Below are positions 1 to 9,919 of a stretch of DNA of 64,000 nt, piece by piece. The translations under genes and the position numbers were made by a program. The stretch is taken from assembly GCA_050952525.1 (NCBI GenBank), contig JBMNLC010000004.1, forward strand, positions 102,437-166,436, in the 5' to 3' direction. Numbering within the stretch: the stretch's first letter is position 1; every line of letters begins with the position of its first letter. The stretch is from Clostridia bacterium. Its GTDB lineage: Bacteria > Bacillota > Clostridia > Christensenellales > JBMNLC01. The notes under the pieces are model-generated. The model did no database searches. It was not told where the DNA came from and worked only from the letters and a program-made list of their open reading frames with translations.

Positions 1-9
1 GTTTCCTTT

Positions 10-810
10 TTACCCTGCTGCAGCTGCCTGACGCAAGGTAAAAAGGATAATTTGCCTGGTAATGTCTTCTGCACGTCCGGCAGGTACGCCGCGTCGTATC
101 ATTTGCTCGATCAGTTCCGGTTGTTCAGCATCCAGAAGCCTAAGCATGGCGTCTGCCCGCTGCTGGAAATTCCTTGCGGCTGGGATACGGTTGATATTCA
201 CCAGGGTGAACCGGATGATATCGCTAACAATAGCCCGAGCAATAACGGTTGATATATTGAAAATATTTGTAAGACCAAGGAAGTTAGGGAATTGATTTTC
301 AAACGCCCGCAATATTCTTCTGACCTGAGCTTCGATATCAGGGGTCGGAAGAGGAGGAATTGTGACGATGTTCTGCAGTGTTACCCGAATGACACATCGG
401 ATATAATCATCGATGATCTCCTGAGGTATTCTGAATAACCTAAGCAGAACATCAACCACTCTGTCTTCCTGCATAAAACGTCGAAACAAGGTCGCTGTTC
501 GTTGCTGAAGATTGCCCGACACCTGGGCTGCATGATCCAGTACAAAGCGAATGATGCGTCTTGTTAAGGCTCTGGTAATTCGTCGCGGTACACCATATAT
601 TTCAACAAGGGAAATAGGTCTTTGGCAGCGTACCAATACAATTTCAAGGAGCTCTCCTACCTGATCCCTTTGTCTCGGAGTTCTTTCCTGCAAAGCGTCT
701 TCAGCCAATTCATTGCGAAGGTACTGTTCCAGTAAAGGGGTGATGGAATCAGCAAATCCGGGAACGGCGCCAGAGAGTCGTTCAAAAGGGTTTACATACC
801 TGTAAGGCAA
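10..810 (-). CDS. Hypothetical Arg-rich protein built from four ~55-aa tandem repeats
   Basis: ORF 10..843(-). A GGAGAGGAGG RBS lies 8 nt upstream of the in-frame TTG at 810. Four repeat units each end in a (V/I)P...I(I/R)RFTL-like helix (RRIIRFVL, IRCVIRVTL, DIIRFTL, QIILFTL). No family recognised. Confidence 0.55.
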   Translation of the reverse strand: MPYRYVNPFERLSGAVPGFADSITPLLEQYLRNELAEDALQERTPRQRDQVGELLEIVLVRCQRPISLVEIYGVPRRITRALTRRIIRFVLDHAAQVSGNLQQRTATLFRRFMQEDRVVDVLLRLFRIPQEIIDDYIRCVIRVTLQNIVTIPPLPTPDIEAQVRRILRAFENQFPNFLGLTNIFNISTVIARAIVSDIIRFTLVNINRIPAARNFQQRADAMLRLLDAEQPELIEQMIRRGVPAGRAEDITRQIILFTLRQAAAAG

Positions 811-994
811 TATATTCACCTCCTCTCCATGGGATATAAACAAATATTGCTACTACAGTATACGCCGGGATATGGTCTGAGGTGAAATGGGAGATAAAGA
901 ATGCTTCCGGTGTCCATTTCCAATATGGAAAGAAGGCTATGAAGTCGGCGGCTTTGATTAAACAAAGCAAGGAAACAATGGGACTGAAGGGGAA

Positions 995-1023
995 TTGTGA
1001 ATGAAAGACCTGCATGTTATAAT
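995..1023 (+). promoter_or_regulatory. Sigma-A-type promoter for the isomerase-araB operon
   Basis: TTGTGA (995-1000), 17-nt spacer, TATAAT (1018-1023) preceded by TGt (extended -10), ~45 nt upstream of the start codon. Confidence 0.55.
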
Positions 1024-1066
1024 TAATTAGAAAGTTCGTATATTATTGAAGAAGGGGGTCATGTTC

Positions 1067-2548
1067 ATGAGAAACATTCCTGATGTAAAGCTAGGGCTTG
1101 TGGCGGTAAGCAGGGACTGCTTCCCATTGGAGCTTAGCAAGAGAAGGAGTGAAGCGGTGGTTTCCGCCTGCAGAAGCAAGGGGATTGAGATTTTTCAGAC
1201 TCCGACGATTGTTGAAAACGAGAAGGATGTATTGAAAGCCTTGGAAGAGTTGAAGAATGCAGGGGTAAATGGGCTGGTGGTTTATTTGGGGAACTTTGGA
1301 CCGGAAGGCCCGGAAACCATGCTGGCTCAGAAATTCGACGGTCCTGCTATGTATGTTGCAGCAGCTGAGGAAACCCAGGATGATCTGATCGATGGACGTG
1401 GTGATGCATTCTGTGGTATGCTGAATGCTTCCTATAATCTGGCATTAAGGGAGCTGACTCCTTACATTCCCGAATATCCGGTGGGAACGGCTGAGGAGAT
1501 TGCCGACATGATATTCGATTTTCAGGATATCGCCAGGGTCATTATAGGGATTTCAAAACTTAAAATATTTGGTTTCGGACCAAGGCCTCAGGATTTTCTC
1601 GCATGCAATGCACCCATCAAGCCCTTGTATGATTTAGGGGTGGAAATCATGGAGAATTCTGAACTGGATCTATTCGAGTCCTTTAATGAGCATGCCGGTG
1701 ATGAAAGAATCCCGGCCGTCGTGCAGGATATGGAAGAGGAACTGGGGGATGGAAACAATCATCCGGGCATTCTACCTAAGTTAGCCCAATTTGAACTTAC
1801 CTTGCTGGATTGGATGGAAAAGCATATCGGGGCATCCGAATTTGCCGTATTCGCCAACAAATGCTGGCCGGCCTTCGAGAGGCAATTCGGTTTTGTTCCT
1901 TGCTATGTCAATTCAAGATTAGCCGCCAGGGGAATACCGGTTTCCTGTGAAGTGGATATCTATGGAGCTTTGAGTGAATACATCATTACATGCGCTACGA
2001 AAATGCCCGCTACCCTTTTGGATATCAACAATACCGTACCCAAGGATATGTATGATTCCAATCGGGATCGTTTTGCCGGCTATAAACTGAGTGACCTTTT
2101 TATGGGCTTCCACTGCGGGAACACGCCCATATGCTGTATGAAGGAAGCAGCTATGAAGTATCAGTTGATTCAGCATCGATTACTGGAACCCGATAAGGAA
2201 CCCGATATTACCCGGGGAACTTTGGAAGGGATCATCAGACCAGGTGAGATCACCCTTTTCAGGCTGCAGGGCACAGCAGACTGTGCTTCAAGAAGTTATG
2301 TAGCGCAGGGTGAGATTATTGACGTGGATCCAAAATCCTTCGGCGGAATAGGCGTGTTTGCCGTCAAGGAAATGGCAAGATTCTATCGCCATGTATTGAT
2401 CGGCAGGCATTATCCCCATCACGCCGGGGTCGGCTTCAAGCATGCAGGGAAGGTACTGTTTGCTGCGATGAAGATGCTGGGGATAGAAGAAGTATCCTTT
2501 AACCAGCCGACTTCCATGCTGTATAAGAATGAAAACCCATTCGGATAA
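1067..2548 (+). CDS. L-fucose/L-arabinose isomerase family protein (probable pentose/deoxyhexose aldose-ketose isomerase)
   Basis: ORF 1046..2548, ~490 aa with FucI/AraA-like layout. RBS GAAGGGGG (1051-1058) favours the ATG at 1067. Lies directly upstream of ribulokinase. Confidence 0.75.
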   Translation: MRNIPDVKLGLVAVSRDCFPLELSKRRSEAVVSACRSKGIEIFQTPTIVENEKDVLKALEELKNAGVNGLVVYLGNFGPEGPETMLAQKFDGPAMYVAAAEETQDDLIDGRGDAFCGMLNASYNLALRELTPYIPEYPVGTAEEIADMIFDFQDIARVIIGISKLKIFGFGPRPQDFLACNAPIKPLYDLGVEIMENSELDLFESFNEHAGDERIPAVVQDMEEELGDGNNHPGILPKLAQFELTLLDWMEKHIGASEFAVFANKCWPAFERQFGFVPCYVNSRLAARGIPVSCEVDIYGALSEYIITCATKMPATLLDINNTVPKDMYDSNRDRFAGYKLSDLFMGFHCGNTPICCMKEAAMKYQLIQHRLLEPDKEPDITRGTLEGIIRPGEITLFRLQGTADCASRSYVAQGEIIDVDPKSFGGIGVFAVKEMARFYRHVLIGRHYPHHAGVGFKHAGKVLFAAMKMLGIEEVSFNQPTSMLYKNENPFG

Positions 2549-2729
2549 GACACGAAGGTGCATTGGATCCAGATAATGCAGATATGGCAGAAGATAATAC
2601 TATACAGGAGAAATACATGGCGGGAGTGTTTTAAAGCGTGCAGGTGAATCTCGGCGACCGGTTTTATCAGAAGCTTATCCTAAGGAAAGAGTTAAAAATA
2701 GTCAGCAGATGGAAAGGAAGGAATGATCG

Positions 2730-4406
2730 TTGAGCAAAAAATATACAATCGGTGTAGACTTTGGCACCCAATCCGGAAGGGCGGTGCTGGTGGAAGTGGA
2801 CATCGGGGTAGAGGTTGCCACAGCTATAAAGGAGTACCCCCATGGTGTGATGGACGAATACCTTCCGGATGGGAAGACGAAATTGGATCCTGATTGGGCT
2901 CTGGAGCATCCTCAGGATTTCCTGGATGTGCTCCATGAAACGATACCGGCTGTTCTGGAAAAGGCTGGAGTATCTGCAGAAGACGTGATAGGTGTAGGGA
3001 TCGATTTTACCTCATGTACCATGCTTGCTGTGGACAAGGAAGGTACTCCCCTTTGTTTTTATCCGGAGTATCAGTCCAATCCCCATGCCTATGTAAAACT
3101 ATGGAAGCACCATGCCGCTCAGGATGAGGCAAACAAACTGAATCAGATTGCTGAAGAGAGAGGCGAAGATTTTCTTCAGCGCTATGGCGAGAAGATTTCA
3201 TCCGAATGGCTTTTTCCTAAAATATGGCAGGTACTTGATGAAGCCCCGGAGATTTATGAAAAGGCTGATCGATTCATGGAGCTGGCGGACTGGATCGTTC
3301 TTCAATTAACGGGGGAGGAAAAAAGAAACAGCTGTACCGCCGGCTATAAAGCCCTCTGGCATAAACAAAAGGGATATCCATCCAAGGATTTCTTTAAGGC
3401 CCTTGATCCAAGGCTCGAGAACGTAGTAGAAGAGAAATTAAGTACGGATATTTATCCCATTGGAAGCAAAGCAGGCGAAATTACTCCGGAGGCAGCCCGT
3501 CTGACAGGACTAAAACCGGGGACTGCCGTTGCCGTTGGTAATGTTGACGCCCATGTAGCGGTTCCTGCCGTAGGGATTACGGAAGAAGGAAAAATGCTGA
3601 TGATTATGGGTACCTCTACCTGCCATATGATATTGGGGAAGGAAGAGAAGATGGTACCAGGTATATGCGGTGTGGTAGAAGATGGAATCATCCCCGGCTA
3701 TCTGGGATATGAAGCAGGTCAATCCTGCGTGGGCGACCATTTTGAATGGTTCGTGGAGAATTATGTGCCTGCTGAGTATCAAAAAGAAGCGGAAGAGAGG
3801 GGCATGAATATCCACGATCTTCTGAGCGAAAAGGCACAGAAACTGAAAGTTGGGGAAAGCGGTTTAATCGCCCTCGACTGGTGGAACGGTAACCGTTCCG
3901 TCCTTGTGGATGTGGATCTCACAGGCCTTATTCTGGGATGCACTTTATTGACCAAGCCCGAAGAGATGTACAGGGCTTTAATCGAAGCCACCGCATATGG
4001 TACACGGAAGATTATTCAAACCTTTGAAGATCATGGTGTGCCGATCAAAGAACTGTATGCAGCGGGCGGAATTGCTGAAAAGAACGAAATGCTGATGCAG
4101 ATTTATGCGGATGTAACCAATCGGGAAATCCGGATTTCTGCTTCTTCCCAGACTCCTGCTCTGGGTTCAGCCATGTTTGGCGCTGTTGCGGCGGGTAAGG
4201 AAAGGGGCGGATATGACAGCATTGTTGATGCAGCCAAGGCAATGGCCCGGTTGAAGGATAAGGTGTATAAGCCCATACCTGAGAATGTAGAAATGTATGA
4301 TAAATTATACAGGGAATATGAGATACTCCACGATTATTTTGGACGAGGGACGAACGACGTAATGAAAAGACTGAAGGAGATCAAGAAACAGGTTACGAAG
4401 TCCTAA
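2730..4406 (+). CDS. araB: Ribulokinase (FGGY family)
   Basis: 558 aa. N-terminus [17 protein letters not shown] is typical of Gram-positive AraB; length and C-terminal FGGY domain fit. TTG start with an AAGGAAGGA RBS. Confidence 0.85.
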   Translation: MSKKYTIGVDFGTQSGRAVLVEVDIGVEVATAIKEYPHGVMDEYLPDGKTKLDPDWALEHPQDFLDVLHETIPAVLEKAGVSAEDVIGVGIDFTSCTMLAVDKEGTPLCFYPEYQSNPHAYVKLWKHHAAQDEANKLNQIAEERGEDFLQRYGEKISSEWLFPKIWQVLDEAPEIYEKADRFMELADWIVLQLTGEEKRNSCTAGYKALWHKQKGYPSKDFFKALDPRLENVVEEKLSTDIYPIGSKAGEITPEAARLTGLKPGTAVAVGNVDAHVAVPAVGITEEGKMLMIMGTSTCHMILGKEEKMVPGICGVVEDGIIPGYLGYEAGQSCVGDHFEWFVENYVPAEYQKEAEERGMNIHDLLSEKAQKLKVGESGLIALDWWNGNRSVLVDVDLTGLILGCTLLTKPEEMYRALIEATAYGTRKIIQTFEDHGVPIKELYAAGGIAEKNEMLMQIYADVTNREIRISASSQTPALGSAMFGAVAAGKERGGYDSIVDAAKAMARLKDKVYKPIPENVEMYDKLYREYEILHDYFGRGTNDVMKRLKEIKKQVTKS

Positions 4407-4429
4407 GGCCTATCCATAGTGCAGAAAGC

Positions 4430-4492
4430 GGGCAAGACGGAAACAATCCAGGGGAGGAGACGGATCCCGTGTTTATGTCTTGCCCTTTTTTT
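4430..4492 (+). terminator. Rho-independent terminator after araB
   Basis: GGGCAAGAC (4430-4438) pairs with GTCTTGCCC (4477-4485), followed by T7 (4486-4492). The loop is unusually long. Confidence 0.55.
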
Positions 4493-4524
4493 GTACCTAA
4501 AATGCATTCGAACAGGGGGATAGT

Positions 4525-5481
4525 ATGAAGAGGAAAGAAGTGGTTAAACGGGCGGTAGAGATGAGGAATCCTCCCAGGGTTCCAATTTTATTCTTTAATA
4601 AGGATACGGAGAAATCGGAAATTAAACTGGTGGGATACGAAACGGCTGCCGATTTTCCCTATAAGGGAACCAACATCTCAGAGTGGGGTTTTGAATGGCA
4701 AAGGTTGGATGATACCATGGGGCAGCCGAAAAACCATCCCATTCGGACATGGGCGGATTTTGAAAACTACATACCGCCCGATCCTGATGCAGCCGGCAGG
4801 TTTGAGCATCTGCCTGATGAAATCGCCCAAAACAAGGATCGCTACATCCTGGCGAGCCTGGGGATTACAGGATTCAACATGGTGACTTTCATACGAGGAT
4901 TTGAAAATACCTTGGAGGATTTATACCTGAACAGGGAGAGAATTGAGAAGTTGATAGACATGGTGTTTTCCTTTGAAAAGGGAATTATCCGTCATTACTG
5001 CAGTTACGAAATCGATGGCATCTCCTTCGGTGATGATTGGGGTACCCAGAACAGCCTGATGATTTCGCCTTCCCTATGGGGAAAGATTTTCAAACCCCGG
5101 TATAAGGAGCAGTTTGATCTGGTTCACTCCTATGGGAAGCATGTCTATTTCCATTCCTGCGGAAACATCATGGAGATCATTCCCGATCTCATTGAGATCG
5201 GAGTTGACATTCTGAATTTAAATCAGCCTGATTTGTTTGGGATTGAAAGATTGGGCCGTGAATATGGTGGGAAGGTTTGCTTTAATTGCCCTGTGGATCA
5301 TCAGACGGTTGCCATCAAGGGTACACGGGATGAGATATTTGATTATGTGAGAAGGCTGAATCAACATCTGGGTAGCTTTCAAGGAGGATTTATCGGTTAT
5401 ATCGAGGAATACCATAGTGTGGGAATGAGCGATCAAAACTATGCGTGGATTGTAGAAGCCTTTGAGACTTTGAACGGATGA
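4525..5481 (+). CDS. Uroporphyrinogen decarboxylase (URO-D)-like family protein, paralog 1
   Basis: 318 aa. URO-D/MtaA-like core FGDDWGTQNSLMISP...YFHSCGNIMEIIPDLIEIGVDILNLNQP. AGGGGGA RBS. Confidence 0.8.
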   Translation: MKRKEVVKRAVEMRNPPRVPILFFNKDTEKSEIKLVGYETAADFPYKGTNISEWGFEWQRLDDTMGQPKNHPIRTWADFENYIPPDPDAAGRFEHLPDEIAQNKDRYILASLGITGFNMVTFIRGFENTLEDLYLNRERIEKLIDMVFSFEKGIIRHYCSYEIDGISFGDDWGTQNSLMISPSLWGKIFKPRYKEQFDLVHSYGKHVYFHSCGNIMEIIPDLIEIGVDILNLNQPDLFGIERLGREYGGKVCFNCPVDHQTVAIKGTRDEIFDYVRRLNQHLGSFQGGFIGYIEEYHSVGMSDQNYAWIVEAFETLNG

Positions 5482-5493
5482 GGATGTGATGGA

Positions 5494-6621
5494 ATGAATT
5501 ATCGAGAACGGTTTGAGGCCACTTTGGAGCATAGGCCCTTGGACCGTGTTCCCTTTGATTTGGCGGGCACTTCACTGACGGGAATGGAACATAAGTATTC
5601 TATTGATAAATTAAGGGAATATCTTGGATTTACTCGCTCCTATGACGGGTGGTATGAAAAATTTGATGAACGAATCCTTCAGTATCTGGACATTGACATC
5701 AGGAGGGTAGGGGATATCCTGGAGCCCGAGAGCCCTTTGTCAGGCCGGATCGATGAGAATACTTATGTAGACTGTTGGGGGATAAAACGGGTATTTACCG
5801 GTTTGTACTGGGATATTCAGGATCCACCTTTAAAGGGAGCGGATCTTGATGATCTGAAAAGATATCCATGGCCGGATCCTGACAGAATTGATATAAAAAA
5901 AATGGAAGCATATAGGGAACAGGCCAAGCGCTTATACCTGGAAACAGATTACGTGGTTTGTGCAGAGCATCCGGTCTATGGTGTGCTGGAGCTGGGCTGT
6001 TGGATGTGCGGTTTTGACGATTTTCTGCTAAAGATGGCTCTGGATCCGTCCTTTGTACGGCATTTTTTTGATAAGGTTTTGGAGTATCAAAAGAAGATTA
6101 TCGAAATTTATTACGGTGCGCTGGGTGAATACATCCACTTTACAACCAGTGGGGATGATTTCGGTACCCAGACAGGCCCCTTTATGTCTCCTCAAATGTT
6201 TGAAACGCTGGTAAAACCTTATTATGAAGAAAGGATTGCTTACACGAAAAAGTTTACCAAAGCTCGATATTTTCACCATACCTGCGGTTCTGTATACTCC
6301 CTGATTCCCCATTTGATTGGTGCGGGAGTGAACATCCTTAATCCTATTCAGCCCGGAGCCAGGGATATGGAACCGGAGAAGCTGAAGAAGGCGTATGGAG
6401 ATCAATTGACTTTCTGGGGAGGCATAGATACCCAGCATACCCTTCCCTATGGGACGAAGGAAGAAGTGAAAGAAGAGGTGTGGAGAATCCTGGACGCCAT
6501 GGGAGCGGAAAGAGGTGGATATGTCCTGGCTCCGGCCCATAATATCCAGCCCGATGTGCCTCCGGAAAACATCATTGCCCTCTTCGAAGCAGGAAGGGAA
6601 TATTTTTCCCAGAGGCAATAA
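5494..6621 (+). CDS. URO-D-like family protein, paralog 2
   Basis: 375 aa. SGDDFGTQTGPFMSPQMF...FHHTCGSVYSLIPHLIGAGVNILNPIQP, the same subtype as paralog 1. Confidence 0.8.
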   Translation: MNYRERFEATLEHRPLDRVPFDLAGTSLTGMEHKYSIDKLREYLGFTRSYDGWYEKFDERILQYLDIDIRRVGDILEPESPLSGRIDENTYVDCWGIKRVFTGLYWDIQDPPLKGADLDDLKRYPWPDPDRIDIKKMEAYREQAKRLYLETDYVVCAEHPVYGVLELGCWMCGFDDFLLKMALDPSFVRHFFDKVLEYQKKIIEIYYGALGEYIHFTTSGDDFGTQTGPFMSPQMFETLVKPYYEERIAYTKKFTKARYFHHTCGSVYSLIPHLIGAGVNILNPIQPGARDMEPEKLKKAYGDQLTFWGGIDTQHTLPYGTKEEVKEEVWRILDAMGAERGGYVLAPAHNIQPDVPPENIIALFEAGREYFSQRQ

Positions 6622-6769
6622 AATACTTCTTTTTGTGCTAATCCATCTTTTTTTTGTTCTATCCCTCGACGCCGGCAGTTCTATTATAATAAAGGATGGC
6701 AGAATACAGGGCAGCGCTGAATGAAAAGGCTTCATTTATTGCTGCCTGGATTTGGAAGGGAGATAATCA

Positions 6770-7774
6770 ATGACAAGTCGAGAGCGTTTTTTAAAGGTAC
6801 TGCACTTTGAAAAGCCGGATGACAGGTTGCCTATGGTGGAATGGGCTCCGTGGTGGGATAAGACAATTGAGCGCTGGGAGCAGGAAGGGCTGCCCAGAGG
6901 GATGAGTCTGGAGGAATCCCTTCGGTATTTTGACTTAGATGTCATGATCATGCTGATGGCTTCCCCCATGTCTCCGGAATGTCCCAGACCTTCATCCCAT
7001 GGGGCAGGAATCGTCACGGACGAAAGATCCTACGAAGCGATAAGGCCTTACCTATACCCGAAATCATCTATTGAGAGCTTGAAAAAAACAGCTCTGGCCC
7101 TGAAGGAGCGGCATGAAAAGGGCGATATCATCATTCGTTTATGGCTGGATGGATTTTTTTGGTTTCCCAGATCTCTTTTTGGTATTGAGAATCATTTATA
7201 TGCCTTTTATGATTATCCGGAATTAATGCACCGCATGAATAATGATTTGTCAGATTACCTGATTCAAACCATAGAAGCCCTCTGCCCAATCCTGGTACCG
7301 GACATGGTAGGCTTTGCCGAGGATATGTCATACAATCACGGCCCCATGCTGTCATACGGGTTATTCAAAGAATTCTTGCTCCCCTATTATCAGAAGGTTA
7401 TCCCTTATCTCCGAGAAGCGGGGGTCAAGGTTCTGGTGGACAGTGATGGAAACATTGAAGATATGATACCTTGGATGTTGGAAGCCGGAATAGAAGGGGT
7501 GTACCCGCTGGAAAGACAGGCACAGGTCGATATCAAACGAATCCGTAGAAATTATCCGAGCTTTCTGATGATGGGCGGTTATGATAAGATGGTGATGTCA
7601 AAAGGGGAAGGGGCCATGCGGGCAGAGTTTGAGCGCATCCTTCCGGTGATGAAATCCGGAGGCTATATTCCTTCGGTGGATCATCAGACTCCGCCGGGCG
7701 TTTCCTTGGAAAACTACAATATTTATCTCCGGTTGTTCAAGGAATATGCACGAAAGGCTGTGAAGGAAGTCTGA
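6770..7774 (+). CDS. URO-D-like family protein, paralog 3 (second subtype)
   Basis: 334 aa. FAEDMSYNHGPMLS...GGYIPSVDHQTPP, clearly homologous to the ORF at 19518. Confidence 0.8.
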   Translation: MTSRERFLKVLHFEKPDDRLPMVEWAPWWDKTIERWEQEGLPRGMSLEESLRYFDLDVMIMLMASPMSPECPRPSSHGAGIVTDERSYEAIRPYLYPKSSIESLKKTALALKERHEKGDIIIRLWLDGFFWFPRSLFGIENHLYAFYDYPELMHRMNNDLSDYLIQTIEALCPILVPDMVGFAEDMSYNHGPMLSYGLFKEFLLPYYQKVIPYLREAGVKVLVDSDGNIEDMIPWMLEAGIEGVYPLERQAQVDIKRIRRNYPSFLMMGGYDKMVMSKGEGAMRAEFERILPVMKSGGYIPSVDHQTPPGVSLENYNIYLRLFKEYARKAVKEV

Positions 7775-7809
7775 ACGCCTCCGGCAGAATAAAAGAGTGC
7801 ACAACTTTT

Positions 7810-7836
7810 CTTGCAGTCAGCTGCAAGATTTTTTTT
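7810..7836 (+). terminator. Rho-independent terminator
   Basis: CTTGCAG-tcag-CTGCAAG hairpin followed by a T8 run. Confidence 0.75.
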
Positions 7837-7994
7837 GCTGATTCCCCGACAGGATGGCATATCTATTATAACGGTCAGAGTATGATTCTATAATAAGGAT
7901 ATGATGATAGGATTTCTTTGCCCGACTGGGAGGGCTGCCGGTTTTTGACATCATATTCGAGCTGTTATGGATAATAAAGGAAATATTGCGCAGG

Positions 7995-8023
7995 TTGACA
8001 TGCCAAAACATGAAGCATATAAT
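7995..8023 (+). promoter_or_regulatory. Consensus sigma-A promoter for the deoC-oxidoreductase operon
   Basis: Perfect TTGACA (7995-8000), 17-nt spacer, TATAAT (8018-8023). Leaves a ~105-nt leader before the deoC ATG. Confidence 0.7.
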
Positions 8024-8133
8024 GGACGTATACATACAAAATTTGGATGAATCCACAGAGTATCTTCGAGAAGATGCGATACCGGAAAAGGATAGGACAA
8101 GAAGGATCCGGATACTTGAGAGGAGGTCAGGTC

Positions 8134-8823
8134 ATGCTAAGCGTGAAAGATTTGGCGAAGATGATTGATCATTCCCTGCTGAGACCGGAACTGACCGTTG
8201 ATCAGGTAAGAGAAGGTTGCAGGCTTGCAAAGAAATATGGTACGGCATCGGTGTGTGTGAGGCCTTGTGATGTAGCCATTGCCAAAGAGGAACTGGAAGG
8301 CACTGATGTTTTGGTCACAACAGTTATTGGTTTTCCCCTCGGGGACAATACAACGGAAGTCAAGGTGTTTGAAACCGAACAAGCCATACGGGACGGAGCC
8401 CAAGAAGTGGATATGGTTTTAAATATTGGCAGACTTATCTCTCGTGACTTTGATTACGTGGAAAAGGATATTAAAGCCGTGGTAGATCTAGCCCATCAGA
8501 ATGGGGTCCTTGTCAAGGTCATTCTGGAGAATTGTTATTTGACCGATGACTTGAAAGAAGCTGCGTGCAGAATATCTGAAAAAGCGGGAGCAGATTTTGT
8601 TAAGACATCTACTGGCTTTGGTACAGGGGGTGCAACGGTCGAGGACATCAGACTAATGCGAAAAAACTGCAGCCCCAAAGTGAAGATAAAAGCTGCAGGT
8701 GGTATTCGAACTTATGACGCCGCACTGGCTGTATGGAAAGAAGGCGCAGTGCGATTGGGAGCAACCGCCACCAAGGCTATTCTTGAGGAAGCCAAAAAGA
8801 GAGAAGAGCTAGGGGGACAATGA
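8134..8823 (+). CDS. deoC: Deoxyribose-phosphate aldolase
   Basis: ORF 8047..8823. GGAGG RBS then ATG at 8134. IDHSLLRP, VCV.P and the Schiff-base lysine context ADFVKTSTGF are DeoC hallmarks. Confidence 0.85.
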   Translation: MLSVKDLAKMIDHSLLRPELTVDQVREGCRLAKKYGTASVCVRPCDVAIAKEELEGTDVLVTTVIGFPLGDNTTEVKVFETEQAIRDGAQEVDMVLNIGRLISRDFDYVEKDIKAVVDLAHQNGVLVKVILENCYLTDDLKEAACRISEKAGADFVKTSTGFGTGGATVEDIRLMRKNCSPKVKIKAAGGIRTYDAALAVWKEGAVRLGATATKAILEEAKKREELGGQ

Positions 8824-8877
8824 GAAACAGGCAGCGCGGAAAACCTGCAGCAAAAAGATGGGGGGAGACAAGAGAAA

Positions 8878-9903
8878 ATGGAAAAACTGCGCGTGGCAAT
8901 TATCGGGTGTGGAGCCATTCATAGGGTGCATGCCGATGCAATCGTGAACAGTGAGTTGGCTCAACTGAAATATGTTGTGGATATTCAGGCAGACAATGCT
9001 CGTAGTTCCGGAGAAAAGTACAGATGTCAATGGTACACGGACTATAAAGAAATCTTACAAAAAGATGATGTGGATGTCGTACATATCTGTACACCCCATT
9101 ATTTACATGCCGACATGACCATCCATGCCGTTCAATCAGGCAAGCATGCCTTTGTGGAAAAACCCGTGGTGTCGCATTGGAAGCAGGCTCGGGAACTGAT
9201 AGAAGAAACGAAGAAAAGCGGCTGTTATGTAGGAGTATGTTTTCAAAACCGCTTGAATCCCAGTTCGGTAAAGGCAAAGGAGATTCTTGACAGTGGCAGA
9301 CTGGGGAGAATATTGGGCATCAAGGGTCTGGTAACATGGTATAGGGATGAAGCATACTATCGGGAGAGCGGATGGAGGGGCTTTTTTGCTACTGAAGGAG
9401 GCGGAGTCCTCATCAACCAGTCCATCCATACTCTGGACCTTATGCAGTGGTTAGGCGGAGGCGTAGAAGCCGTAATAGGGAATGTCGCCACTAGGATACT
9501 GGGGAATGTCATTGAAGTAGAGGACACCGCAGATGCCACCCTGTTCTTCCGGAACGGAGCCAGGGGAATTTTCTATGCCACCAACTGCTATACGACCAAT
9601 TCCCCCGTAGAGATAGAAGTACATTGTGAAAAGGGGAGCTTACGGATTTATAATGGGGAGCTGTATATAATCAGCGATGGCCGGCAAACCAAGATTGTCG
9701 ATGAAAATTGTGAGGACAGCCCCTATAGATCCTACTGGGGAAAGAGTCATTCCTTGGCTATTCATAGTTTTTACCAAAGTATTCTTCATGATGAACCTAA
9801 GAATTTTATACCTGTAGAACAGGGAGTAGAAGCTGTAAAGATCATCGATGCCATTTACAAATCGTCTTCTACAGGTAATAAAATAATAATAAAAAATGAA
9901 TAA
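8878..9903 (+). CDS. Gfo/Idh/MocA family oxidoreductase
   Basis: 341 aa. N-terminal Rossmann LRVAIIGCGAIH and the EKP motif (AFVEKPV). Confidence 0.85.
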   Translation: MEKLRVAIIGCGAIHRVHADAIVNSELAQLKYVVDIQADNARSSGEKYRCQWYTDYKEILQKDDVDVVHICTPHYLHADMTIHAVQSGKHAFVEKPVVSHWKQARELIEETKKSGCYVGVCFQNRLNPSSVKAKEILDSGRLGRILGIKGLVTWYRDEAYYRESGWRGFFATEGGGVLINQSIHTLDLMQWLGGGVEAVIGNVATRILGNVIEVEDTADATLFFRNGARGIFYATNCYTTNSPVEIEVHCEKGSLRIYNGELYIISDGRQTKIVDENCEDSPYRSYWGKSHSLAIHSFYQSILHDEPKNFIPVEQGVEAVKIIDAIYKSSSTGNKIIIKNE

Positions 9904-9919
9904 GGATGAGGTGAAGGAT

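Noticed and set aside
6028-6735. 235-aa minus-strand ORF, and similar long antisense ORFs at 15377..16102, 16540..17220, 31694..32458, 46542..47225, 47619..48140 and 12076..12609.
   Set aside because: All lie entirely antisense to genes with clear family motifs. They lack RBSs and have low-complexity or odd composition, so they are shadow ORFs.
8047-8133. 29-aa N-terminal extension of deoC and the overlapping 60-aa ORF 7986..8168.
   Set aside because: A GGAGG RBS sits directly before the ATG at 8134, and the DeoC family N-terminus begins there. The upstream part is the 5' leader of the consensus promoter at 7995.
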